Assembly (NCBI GenBank): GCA_008632985.1
Contig: QPGO01000037.1
Location: 62,001 to 126,000 of the forward strand
Source of the DNA: Psammoneis japonica
Taxonomy: Eukaryota
Length of the DNA: 64,000 nucleotides
Direction: 5' to 3'
The translations under genes and the position numbers were made by a program. Below, piece after piece: positions 50,754-62,730 of the stretch (position 1 is its first letter; each line of letters opens with the position of its first letter). The notes beneath the pieces are model-generated. The model saw only the letters and a program-made list of their open reading frames with translations, searched no databases and was not told where the DNA came from.

Positions 50754-53700
50754 ATGAACGACGACTTGTTGGTGGGCCGCGTGGTGCGGTTGCACTTTGA
50801 ATGTCGGGCTGAACTACCATTGGGTAGCACGTTGCGCGTCACAGGATCCTCGCTCTGGGCACCGACACACTTGACGCAACAGGATCCCACCAACGCACAC
50901 CATATTGCGACTCAAAACGCGTCTCAGGGACCGCCCGTGGGCACCTTGGAAGATGTGGTGGATCCGCACGTGCTGGAATTGGGATCGGAATCGCTCTATG
51001 CGAGTTCGGTGGAGCTCGTCACGTCGCCGGAAGAGTATCCCGTGTGGCGGACACGACGGCCCGTGGTGGTGGTGTTGCATCGAACGTCCTCGTCGTCGCA
51101 GATTCAGCATCACTACTATAGATACATGGTGATTACACCCGGAGCGCAAGTCGCTGAGGATGAATACGATGAATCCATTACACCCGGAACGTCGCCGAGT
51201 GATCAAGACTTGACGGGCTTGGAGGGAGTTGTTTCCACGTCGGACAATTGGGAAGGCAGTGTGCCGGTTATGATGTGGGAAGACCCGTTTCCACACATTG
51301 GAAGCCAACAAAAACAATCCGTGTCTTCGGTAAGCTTGCTGTCCTACAAGGGAAGATCCGATCCCAAGGCACTCAAGAATTTGCCCTACCGGACTCTGGG
51401 TATTGAAGTGGCGACGGGACGGATTTCAGAAGCGACCGAGGAGGGAGTTGTTTCTGACATGTGGAACAAGGGAGATGATTACACCTTTCGAGCGTATCAG
51501 ATTCGTGAAGCGGTATGTGTGCATTATCATATGATGTAATGGTTGACTGAGCTCGCTTGTTTCTGACAATTTATGCTCTGACTTTCTACACAGGTGAATG
51601 CCGAAAATCGCAAGCGCAACGCTCTTGCCTACGATACTGCTGCTGCGGCGGCCGCAGCTACCAGCAGCGATCAAGAAATGTCCGAGACGGAAGACACGGC
51701 TGTCGATCCGCGTGGCGTGATTGGCCTGGGCATTGGAAGTGGTGGTGGCCCCTCTTCGACGGGATCTCGGACTCCCCCAACGTCGTCTTCGGCGCCGCGC
51801 ATTTTCTTTGTCTGTTATCACTTGCCCGTGTTTGTGGAAAAAATCAATGGCGAATGGAAGGCCACATGGAACGAGTCGATTCTGGCAAAAACCACCAAAT
51901 CCAATGTCGTGCGAGCCTACGATGCCCATTGGGTCGGAACCGTCACGACGAATCCCGTTATTCAAACCCAAGAAGACAAGGACGCTGTCACGAACTTGTT
52001 GCATTCCATGGATTGTCTTCCCATTTTCATCGATGAAGAAACACGTCAAGCGCATTATTATGGCTTTTGCAAACAAGTCTTGTGGCCCGCCTTTCACAAT
52101 ATTGACTTGTTGGATCTCTCTACCAGTGGTTGGATTTTTGGAACCGACAATGACGGGACCGAAAATCTCGAGAGCAATTGGGATCAATCGCGTCTTGGCA
52201 ATTGGTGGAGCGCCTACCAAGCGGTCAATCAAAAGTTTGCGGATTTGATGATTCAAGCCATTAAACCCAATGACATTTTGTGGATTCATGATTATCACTT
52301 GTCGCTTTTGCCCAAGTTGGTACACGACCAGGAAGTGCAGCGTTATGGCAATACGCTGTCGAAAAAGGTCTTCTTTTTGCACATTCCCTTTCCAACGTCA
52401 CAAATCTTTCGTGAATTGGAGTGTGGTGAAGCGGTGCTGCAGGGTATTTTGCACGCCGATGTTGTTGGCTTTCATGCCTTTGACCACGCGCGGCACTTTT
52501 TGAATGCCGCCAAACGCATCTTGGGACTCAATTACGAGAGTCTGGTGGGTGGTTTGATTGGAGTGCACTTTCAGGGCAAGACCGTGCTAGTGACCATGGC
52601 CAATGTGTCTGTCGAGCCGCAGCGTGTGGATGGTACGTACCGGATTGGTCGTTTGTGGGGAGAGTCGTCAGAGTAAGAGATATCGTTTCTGACTGACATT
52701 ATTGCTTGCATTTACCTTGTTCTACAAAGAAACCTTGGCGCTGCCCGAGGTTGCGAGCGGCACCGAGGAGCTCCTACAGAAGCATAAAGGCCGCAAGATT
52801 ATTGCCGGCGTGGACATTGCCCAACGTCTCTCTGGAGTCAGTCTCAAACTCATTGCCTTTGAACGGTTGCTCAGGGACTATCCCTCGTGGCAGCAAAAGG
52901 TGGTTATGGTTCAACGCTGTTTGGTACCTGGATCCCGAAAGGCGGATGAGCAGAATACCATTTGCGAGCTTCGTTTCTTGGTAAATCGCATCCAGAAAGC
53001 CTTTGGTCCTCACGTGATTGATTATCAAGAATTGGTGGGTTCTTCTCTTGCTGCCAACGAACGCTTGTCCCTCTGGAGGGCGTCGGACGTGTTTATGGTG
53101 ACTCCTATTCGAGAGGGATTAAATATGTTGCCCATGGAGTACATTTACGCCCGCATGGAGCCGCACGCTCCTGGTGTTGTGATTGCGTCAGAGTTTTCTG
53201 CCGTTTGCAGCATTCTCAACGGAGCGCTCCGTGTGAATCCGTATGACATTCAACAGAGTATCATTATCATTGATCAGGCGCTGTCCATGAAGAAGCAAGA
53301 AAAGGAAGGACGGCGTTATCGTGATACCGACTTTGTGTCGTCGAGTCCGTCCGACATGTGGACTCGCAACGTGTTGCGGGACTTGCGAGATGCCACCATG
53401 AATCGGGGCGACAATAATAGCGAGAGTGGAGGCAACTCGGCCTCCACTCCATGCGGTCATCCTACTCGGCCCAAGCAACTTGTGGATAGCACCGCTGGCT
53501 TTTTGGCAAGAGGTAAGCTTCTGGTCTCTTATCGGTTTCATACCCACCAATATCGTTTGCTAAACTGCTGTTGTTCTTGTGGTAATTTCAGAGAGTGAAA
53601 TAGCCTTTACTCGTCTAAACGAAAAGCAGGTGAAGGCAGCCTACGATCGGAGTAAGCGCCGTGTCATTATTCTGGACTTCAATGGCACTATTGTGTTGAA

Positions 53701-54883
53701 GGAGCCTCCTGGCAAGTACCTCAAGCGAGAAATCTTGGGCACCAGTGGATACAAGCCACCGGCGGCGGTACGCAGTCTATTATTGAACTCGATGCTTGTT
53801 GTCTTTTGCATCTCTATACATTGACTCAACCACCTCGGTTCCTCCTTTAGGTTATCCAAGCTCTAACGACACTTTGCGAATGCCCGGAAAACACTGTGTA
53901 CGTCGTGTCAGGCGATTCGAGCGAAAATGTAGAAAACGCGGTTGGACACATTCCTAGGCTTGGTCTCGCCGCCAGCAACGGAGGTCACTTTTCACCTCCA
54001 TCCGCTCCCGGACAAGGGAATCGCCAGTGGCTGACTTTTGATTTGGGTGTGGACTGGAATACAGTGAAAAAGGTGTGAATGTTGTGATTGTCAAGGTTTC
54101 CTGCTGCGGTGTATGAGGCACGTCTCGATGAAACGGGATCTCACGGGTTCTTTTTCGTACAACGTTTTCTTAGGTCGCGTTGCCAGTTCTTTCAAAGTAC
54201 ACCGCGAGATCCAATGGCTCATTTGTCAAGTTGACTCATTTTAGTATTGGTTGGTCATACTATTCGTGTGATCCGGAGTGGGGCTCCTTGCAGGCTTCCC
54301 ATCTTGTATTGGAACTCGAGAACGCACTTCGAGCCTTTGACGTCCGTTTCGTCACTCTCAAGGGCATTGTGGAGATTGTGCCTCGCAAGCTGAACAAGGG
54401 CCTTATCGTCAAAAAAGTCCTTCGAGATGCTGCGGCTCAACACAATGAAGGTATAGACTTTGTTCTCTGTATGGGAGATGACATTTCAGATGAGAAGATG
54501 TTTAGCGTAAGTGTCTTGTATACCCTTTTGTGATGCTCTCGCCTTTGTGAAAAACTTATTTTTTTGTTTCATTGTTTGAACTGGTGCAGTCTGTGTTTTC
54601 GTATATTGCCGAGGTTGGGGACAAGAACCAAAGCTTTACGCCTTCTCCTCCCGTAGTCGGTGCCGATTCCCAAATGGAAGATAGCAACTTGTTGTCGCAG
54701 GGGCCTGTTGATCCAATGTATTCGTATGCTACTGCAGTTGGAAAGAAAGCCACCCATGCTTCTTTTTATGTGAATGACGCGGAGGAAGTGGCGAACCTTC
54801 TTGTCTTGTTGAGTGAAGAAGAGCTTCCACAGGGAGGTGTCGCCAATTGGGAACAGCGCAGTTCTGAGCACTTGTTCTCTTAA
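50754..54883 (+). CDS. TPS: Trehalose-6-phosphate synthase/phosphatase (GT20 plus HAD TPP) with CBM20-like N-terminus; 7 exons
   Basis: YYGFCKQVLWPAFH, WIHDYHL, FFLHIPFP, TPIREGLN, SEF, VNPYD, LDFNGT, GDDISDE; introns 51513-51593, 52633-52729, 53513-53591, 53768-53850, 54073-54173, 54507-54589. Confidence 0.93.
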
Positions 54884-55249
54884 AGAACTTGTTGGGCATA
54901 ATATTAGACGTGAAAGTTACATAGTGCAATTCTTTATACAGCATTAAGGGTAAATACCAACTCCGCCGGCACCATCTTCAATGACAACCTCTTTTCAGTG
55001 TGACTTGAATTCTTTTGTGGAAAACTTTTGAAATTGTCATCGTCGGCAGTCCAGCGCTTTTCAAAGAAGTAGGCTAAGGAAAGGCACGACCCGTTTACGA
55101 TTCGACCACTTGTTCCCTTTTGCGTGTAAAGCCTTGTAATTCACTCTGGTTGTCAGACTGACACACCATGGTGCAGCACAAGTGGAAAAGATCCACATTG
55201 TTTCAGTCGTGGCGTGGGTGCTCTCAGTCGTACGGTGCCTCATCTTTGA

Positions 55250-56080
55250 CACCAGGTTCAACGTGTTTGCGCCTTTCAAAAGTCTATGTTCGTGGTCGTC
55301 AGTTCACGTTGACGTGGAGATGTTCTGCCACAGAAGGCAATGTGACAGTTGTCACCTCGTCAAAGAAACCAAGTCATGTTTGCATGTCTCCCCATGAATG
55401 CGTCCATCTTTTTCAACCAGTTTCCCATTTCCCTGGCATCTTTCAAATCAACATGTTTTTTGGTTGGGTGTTTTGACTGTGTGGCCACCTTTTGCAGATG
55501 GCGCCAGCAACTGCATCACCCAATGTGGGTTTGAGCTTGGTGGCTTGTGTGGTGCAAATTTGCACTGCTGAATCAGCAGCACACTGTGCTTGTGTTGTCA
55601 ACAACGAAGGTTTTTTTTTTTTCACATCCATTTTGGAAGATGTCAGAGCACATGCTCTGATGCCATTGTTGCTGAGATGGCAAAGCATTTGGCAGCTTGT
55701 GCAAATGTGGGCAGAAAAGGATGCACTGATCTTGGTGCTGCCAAGATTGGACTTAGGCTTTGCCCTGCTGGCAGTTTCATGACAAGCAGCAGGGTGGGGG
55801 AAACCTTTGCCAGCTGCAAGCACCACCCCTGCAGCAGCTCTGGGTTGCTGGTGAAACATTTGGGGTCAAGCTCCTTTGAAAAAGCCAAAAGTGGTGTCAA
55901 TGGCTGCACATGACTTGAAGTTGCTCCTGTCTTTTGTTTTCCCATGATGGTGTGTGCTGAGGCCAGCAACTTGTTTTTCATTCAAAACTTGCTGGGCACC
56001 TCTGTGCATTCAACATCACACTCAACACATCACACAAAGAAAGCAGCTCTGCCCCACACATCAGAGGCTCGCTCACAGTG
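55250..56080. other. Small isolated TpA/CpG-depleted patch between intact genes
   Basis: Almost no TA (one TTAG near 55753, one CTAT near 55285) and few CG; unidentified origin. Confidence 0.65.
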
Positions 56081-56231
56081 GCGGAGGAACGTCGGACCGC
56101 GCGCATGGAATAATCTTTTTTTGCGCTAGTGAGGCGATGAGATTCCAAGATGCTGGAAGAGCCGAAGACGCCAACGCCGATGTTGTCATGCCATCTGCCA
56201 GCAACCAGCGTCGTTCATTTCAATCATCATC

Positions 56232-56690
56232 ATGGCGCCTCCATCGCAAGCAAAAAGCCTCATCTATCTTGTTGCGACTCTGCATCTGTTGTCGATTGTT
56301 GTATTCTTCCTTCTTTGCACCTACGGTGTGTTTCCTCTAGACAGCTCCAATCCAATCGTGGATTTGAGTTTCAACGACCCTTCCGTTTTTACCAACGACA
56401 CTGTACTCTTCCTCTTGAAGTTTCTCTTTGTTGTACTTTTATTTTTCGGACTTGGATACTACCGACTATATGTTGACGGGCCTCAGGCAAATCCAGTAAT
56501 GGTTGCTAGCGGAGGTTTACTCAAGGCATGGGTCGCGTTCGCCCTCATTAGGGGTTACCTCGACGGGTATTTGGGAATCTTGATGGCTATATGTGGTGTT
56601 GCGGACGGAACCTTGTCTGTTTTCTTTTTAACCGACTGGTCTCGTATGGGCTACACTCTCACTCCAGCTGCTCCGATAAAGCGAGAGTAG
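56232..56690 (+). CDS. Small multi-pass membrane protein, unknown function
   Basis: 152 aa, about four hydrophobic segments, normal codon composition. Confidence 0.65.
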   Translation: MAPPSQAKSLIYLVATLHLLSIVVFFLLCTYGVFPLDSSNPIVDLSFNDPSVFTNDTVLFLLKFLFVVLLFFGLGYYRLYVDGPQANPVMVASGGLLKAWVAFALIRGYLDGYLGILMAICGVADGTLSVFFLTDWSRMGYTLTPAAPIKRE

Positions 56691-56956
56691 CGAGAAGGTC
56701 AATTTGAATTGGATATTTGGACTCTCGGCTTTCCCAAAATGTTAAACGACGAACATCTTCTACTCTTTCGAAGGTCCGCACTTTCTCTGATGATTAGATT
56801 TGTATTCACAACAAATGTTGCATTAGCATTATTTTAGTGTCGTAGCTACACCCAGAAACACAGAGAGAAAATCAACAGCATTAATTCTTCCCAACGGCAC
56901 ACGACATCCCGGATACACACAATTTCAAAGATAACTCCTCTGGCTGAAGTGTTAGT

Positions 56957-57628
56957 CTATACGTCCTCCACAAAGATGTTACCACATCCAGGGCGGGCAC
57001 CTGCATTACCAACGGCACGCGAGCCAGCGTCGCCGCCCAAACCATAGTCATCGGTGCCTTCATGGACCACCACCGCACGGTCCCTGATGCCAAGCTTGCC
57101 CTTCAATGGGACAAAAGCCTTAAGAGTCCCTACTGCAGAGCCGTTTTCATCCGCAAGGATGTTGCCCAAGTCACCAATGTGGCGCTGATCATCAAGATTG
57201 CTTCCGTGATTGTTGCTCTGGGGATTCCAGTGTCCTCCGGTGGAGGCGCAAGTGTTCTCCCCACCTGTGCCCACGGGAGACTCATGAACATGAAGACCAT
57301 GCAACCCCGGAGTTAGTCCAGTAATGCTGTAGGTGATCTCCGCGAGGCCACTCTTGTGAAAATCAATGGGACACGCAAAGCGCATAGTGCCACAGACATT
57401 GTTTTCGCAGTCTGTCGGGTCTGATGCGCTGGGGTTGAAAATGGTGACACTCAGAGGCCTGTTGCAGCCAAATTTTGCCCACTTACTATATCCTCGGAGA
57501 CCACGAGAATCTTCATGTGTCACTGACACAATGGCTTCGTCTCCTTTCGTCGTGCTTTCATCGAAAGAGTAACCGAGTGCTCCTGGGATGAAGAGGAGAG
57601 CAAGAAGAGTTTTGGAGGAGATCTTCAT
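56957..57628 (-). CDS. Cu/Zn superoxide dismutase with signal peptide
   Basis: GLHGLHVHE, CASTGGHWNP, NHG, RHIGDLGNI, VVVHEGTDD, GNAGARPGCG; N-terminal MKISSKTLLALLFIPGALG. Confidence 0.93.
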   Translation of the reverse strand: MKISSKTLLALLFIPGALGYSFDESTTKGDEAIVSVTHEDSRGLRGYSKWAKFGCNRPLSVTIFNPSASDPTDCENNVCGTMRFACPIDFHKSGLAEITYSITGLTPGLHGLHVHESPVGTGGENTCASTGGHWNPQSNNHGSNLDDQRHIGDLGNILADENGSAVGTLKAFVPLKGKLGIRDRAVVVHEGTDDYGLGGDAGSRAVGNAGARPGCGNIFVEDV

Positions 57629-60004
57629 GATTAAACAGCTGGGAAGAGAGTCGAGCTGAATCAACGGAATAGAGCGATACGATATGGTAGCGTTTTGCTA
57701 TGCTGTGTTTCACGGCGGAGAAAAAGAAGTGAGGTTGCAAGTTGCAAATCGCAAATCTTTTGAGATGTCGTTTCGCAAGAAAAGCGAGCGAGATACTAAC
57801 TGTGAAACAAGTGAAAAGTGAACCTCCGCCTCCACTTTTTTGTCCTGATGTCTTGTACAAATGTGCCGTGGAGTTGTAGTAAAAATGGACAGAGTGGTAA
57901 AATTCGCCAACCTGTGAAAGACATGAGTTACTTAAATACATCTAACATTTATAAAGATATGACTTCAATGACTTCAATTTGAAAAAAGGTACAATACTAT
58001 ATAGACATAGAGATAGATACAGTACACGGCAGCACTCTCTCTCTGTAGCTAGTACAGTAGCTCGCTCTCGCTCTACCGGTGCTCGTAGGGCCCTACATAC
58101 GGTAAACACTGTAGGGCCCAGTAGTAAGATACTGAGTATGGTGGATCCTTTCGAAATGAATCTAAAGGTTACAACGTTAAGTAAATCTAACATTTATAGG
58201 ACCAATTTGTCGACTTTTCTTGCCCATGGCAATGTATACAATTTGACGAAAATGTCCTCGAGGCGCAGCATTGTGTCATTCATTTCTTCGCATTTCCGCA
58301 AAAAATTTCGGCATCCAAACCGCGCCGCCGCGCGCGCCCACAATCTCAAATCACAATAGACATGAGCGAACACCATCCTTAAGTAAGATTTAACGGTCAT
58401 GGCTGAGAGTTCCAGTCTACTGTGTCTTTCGTTGGCTTTCGCAACTGAAAGTTTGAGCAATTGCTCGACCATTTGATCGAACTTGGCAAGTTTGAGCACA
58501 AGTTTGAGCAATCTCTCAAACTTGCAAGAGTGCTCAAACTTGCACAAATCTGAGCAATCACTCAACTTGCGCAGCTTTGAGCAGCGGCTCAGATGCCCGC
58601 AAAAATGCAGCTGCAACGAGCTGAGATGCAAAGAGCTGAGGTGCTGCACATGAACACATCAGCGCACACTTTGCTGTTGTCACATGAGTGGTGGCCATGC
58701 ACACTTTGTCTCCATTGTTTTGATTTTGTGCTGAAACCTGTGCAGCGCTGCTCCTCACGGCAACACCACGCGAGTGCAGCATGCGTGCAGACAAAAGGTT
58801 GTTTTTGTCACGCCCTTTGTGACATTTAAAGGCTGCAACACGTCGCCGTGACACATTGACTCTTATCAGCAGCTGCATGTTGCACTCCTCCCCATGCACC
58901 ACGCGTCCATGCGGCTCTTTGCTGACGTGTGCTGACACTGCACGGTTTTGGCAGAACAGTGTGGGTGCGCACGAAGGAACATGCAGAACTGCACAGAGTT
59001 TTGCGCATTCGACAGTGATCAATGTTGCTGCAGACAACTCCCACTCAGGGTTTCAAACCCCTGGCCTCCTGCCCAATGGTTGCGATGAACCACTCCGCTG
59101 TGAATTCATGGTGCAACATGCATGCAGATAAATTTAAAGGCTGCAACACATCGCCGTGATGCATTGGCTCTCATTGGCAGCTGTGTGTTGCACCAGTGCA
59201 TGCCGGGGGGGATCAGTGGTTTTTTGCCAATGCCTTGCCTGTGCCCACCATTTAGACTCGAAATCACATTTGCTCAAGGATGCTGCATGTTGAGCAATTG
59301 CTCAAACATGTTGCACCATCTGAGCAGCACATTTGAGCAATTGCTCAAATTTGTGCAAGCTTGAGTGGTTGCTCAAACATTGATGAGCCCCGCTTGCTCA
59401 AGCATGGCATGTTTGAGCAAAAGTGGTGTTTCAACAAAACATGATTCAATGGCAAGCCCCACATTCTCCACAACATCCACAAATGTTTTTTTAAAATGCG
59501 GCGGTCTTGCAAAATTTGTGCTGCAGGGTGCAGTGCAGCACTCACTCCATCTCACCTGCAATGCACAGACCCCCGGCAGAGACATTCTGTGCACAGCCAC
59601 GTGAAATTCCATGCATTTGCACCAGCAAAATGCACCTCCAACCTTGGTCCATGAAGCCAGCAGCAGGCATGAAAACTGTTTCATGTCCAGGAAAGAGCCC
59701 GCCGGTGCCGGCGAACAACACTGCCCCATGCGACAGGACTGGGACAAATCTGCAAAATGCACAGACATGCTCTGGAGCACATCTGTGCAAATTGGAGCTT
59801 GCAAAAAAAGCAGGGTTGTTGCATCATGTTTTTGCTTCTATTTGCAATGCAACTGGCTGGCAGGCTCTGTGCTGCATTGCTGTTGCACATGTCTTTCATT
59901 GTCTGGCATCATGTGCATGGCACAAAAAATTCACACAACATGCGATGATGTGTTGTCATCTTGGTGGGACATTTCCAAAATCAGAAAATCTGGCTGGTTT
60001 GTTT

Positions 60005-60026
60005 TGTGTGTGTGTGTGTGTGTGTG
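60005..60026 (+). repeat. (TG)11 microsatellite
   Basis: Direct reading. Confidence 0.9.
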
Positions 60027-62554
60027 ATGACAGATCACAATTTAGCTCAATCAAGCTGATCTTCACTTGACTGCTGCAGAAGTGGAGCAAGCAGGAAACT
60101 TGGAACAGGTCATTCTTTTGCATTTTTGTCAGTCTGGATGCGCTCCATGCTTTGACCATTGACTCATTTTTGGCACCATGGAGGCATTGCTTGTTGTGGA
60201 AAAGGCAAAATGGTGGAACATGAGGCTTTTTTTTGCTCATCCAAACCCTTGTCAGAGACAAATTGATGGTCCATTGATGCTGCTTCGCTGCCCATTCTTC
60301 ATGTGGCAGGACACATCATGATTTCTGTGGACATTGTGTCTTCTTGACTGGTGTTGTGCTGCCCCACAAGTCAGTCACATTGCTGCAACAGAGAGGAGTG
60401 GTGCTCTCTTGATGCCATGGGATGTCCAATGGCAACCACCATGATGTTTCATCCTGCTCCATTCACTCACAAGCACTTAAAAAATGAGCCTGTTTTGTTG
60501 CTGTTGCAGCTGTCTTGCATGCTCATGCCACCATTGCTGCATTGCATGGCTGTGGCAGAAATGACAACAAACTGTGACAAAAGGTTGAGACACAACATTT
60601 TTTGATGCACCAACCCTCTTGACATCAACCAATCAAGGTGCTGTCAAAATTGTTGAGACAAAAATGTCAAAGGTGCCTTGCAGTGCAATTGGTTTGCTTG
60701 TCAAATCATCTTTTGAGGCTGAGGTGCTTGTTTGCAAAGCAGCAAGAAACATTGTGATGTCAGATGAGTTTCAGCAACCCAAATGAAGGGTTGCTCCTTT
60801 CACCTCAAAAGCCTCAACTGTTTTTGACAAACATTTGGCCTTGTGGCTTTGTCCGCAACAGCCACACTTTTCACCCATCACATGGAAGCTTGATTTCTGT
60901 GGATTGACTTGCATGTTCAGAAGATTAACTTTCTTGACTGTTGGGCTGTTTGCTTTGAATGACAAATGTGCAAATGTTGCCAAATGGGGTTTTCTTTGGG
61001 TTGAAACTGTGCACACATCAGAGCACAAACAAAACGTGCCCAAAAATTCCTCCTTGGTTTGCCTCAGCAATGCACCTGTGCAAATTCACAGTGCTGATCT
61101 TTTTTTGCTGGCCCCTTCATGTGCACACAATGAGAGAAATCACTGTTGCATGGTGACAACAAGAGACTGTTTGAATGCAAAAATAAAAAAAAATGGGGGT
61201 TGATCCTCTGAACCTAAAAGTTGATCTGCCAGCCCCATTTTTCCCCATCACATGCTTTGACAGAGTCACCAAAATTGCCATTTGAGTGCCACTGGCACTG
61301 CTGTTCATCTTCCCAAAAAAACAATTTGACTGTGTTCTTGCTCTTGTGCTCAGCAAATGGATGAAAAATTTGTTGGACTTTGCATCCAATGGAAAGACAT
61401 TTTGGTGCATGCATGGCACTGATGGGCAAAGCAGCCCATTTTAATTTTCCACAACCGCCAAAAAGGTGCTCATGGTTCCTTGCACTTTTGGCATGAGAAG
61501 GCACCTTTGGCATCTTTGGAAAAACACAACAAACTGTTTCAATGTTGCATGGAAGGATGTGGCTCTGTTTTGCCAAGTGCTGTGTCCTTGATGCTGTGCA
61601 GCACAAGCACTTGCCCCTCCAAAGTTTTGTTGCTGCTTTCTGTCTAAAGCCAACGCACATCACCATCTGTCTCATCATTTTTTGTCATGTGGGTGTGGCA
61701 CAAGTGCCTCTTGTCTGGTTTTGGTGAGTTGAGAATCCAGTGCCTGCCCTTTCATCTGTGTCATGCTCATGTTGCTTCTCTTGTCTGGAGCAATGCTTTG
61801 ACATTCTCTGCATGGCAACAGTTCTTGCACTCATGACACCCAGCTCTCTTTGGTGTGCTGTGAGCAGGTGCTGCAAGGACATTTTGTGAAAAATCACGTG
61901 GCAAACAAAAAGTGTGGTGGGTGGGAGAGATGAGCCACTGAAGACCCAACTCTGAATCAGCTCATTGAGCTCATTCCAGGTCTGCCCTTGATCTTTTTGT
62001 TGTGGCTGTTTCTAGCTGGTTGTGTGTCTGCACACCACAGACAGGCTGCTCACCCTGTCCATGCCATCAAAAAAAGATCTCCCCTCTCTGCCAAACTCCA
62101 AAACTGGGAAGGATGACACCAAACCCCCCCTTCCCAACATTTGCAACCACACTTGACAATGACAACAGCTCATGAATTGCTGGCTTGGACCAACTGATTG
62201 TTTTTTGCTTCAGCAGACCCCACAGCTGTCAATGCCTTGGCAGCTGGCTGTTTGCCATCATGCCATTGGTTCTGCACCTCATTGTGCCCCCCAGTTTTGT
62301 CTCACAGGCTCTTGATGTGAGAGTGTGAGTTGTCATGTGTTGGTCTCCCCCCTTCAAGACATTTTTAACATGACAGCTTTCCACCCCATGTTCTCAAAGG
62401 TGGCAACCAGCTGCTCACTCTGTCACAGAGCAGTGGCAGCCAAGTCAGCAACTGATGTGAACTTTGCTGCAAACTGGATGACATGTGCACCAGCAAAAAA
62501 GAGTGAGAAGAGGCAGGTCACAGAGAGATCTGGAACAGAAATGTCAACAACATT

Positions 62555-62730
62555 GCCCCATCATCTGACAGGCATGGCAGGCATGCGCATTGACCAAAGA
62601 GCCTTGGCAAGGCAATTGCTTGGGTCAATCATGCCAGGAATGTGCTGAGTGACAACCTGCCTGGTGTCCTTCCAGCCATGGAGAGCAAACCACTGAATGC
62701 CAATGTTTCAGGCATGGCAAAATGTTGAAC
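62555..62730 (-). mobile_element. Ty1/Copia (CoDi-type) RNase H C-terminal relic
   Basis: Manual translation *NIGIQWFALHGWKDTRQVVTQHIPGMIDPSNCLAKAL..HACHACQMMG resembles the Copia pol end RHIDIxYFALQxW..HIPGxxNPSDxLTK..H..MMG. Confidence 0.7.
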
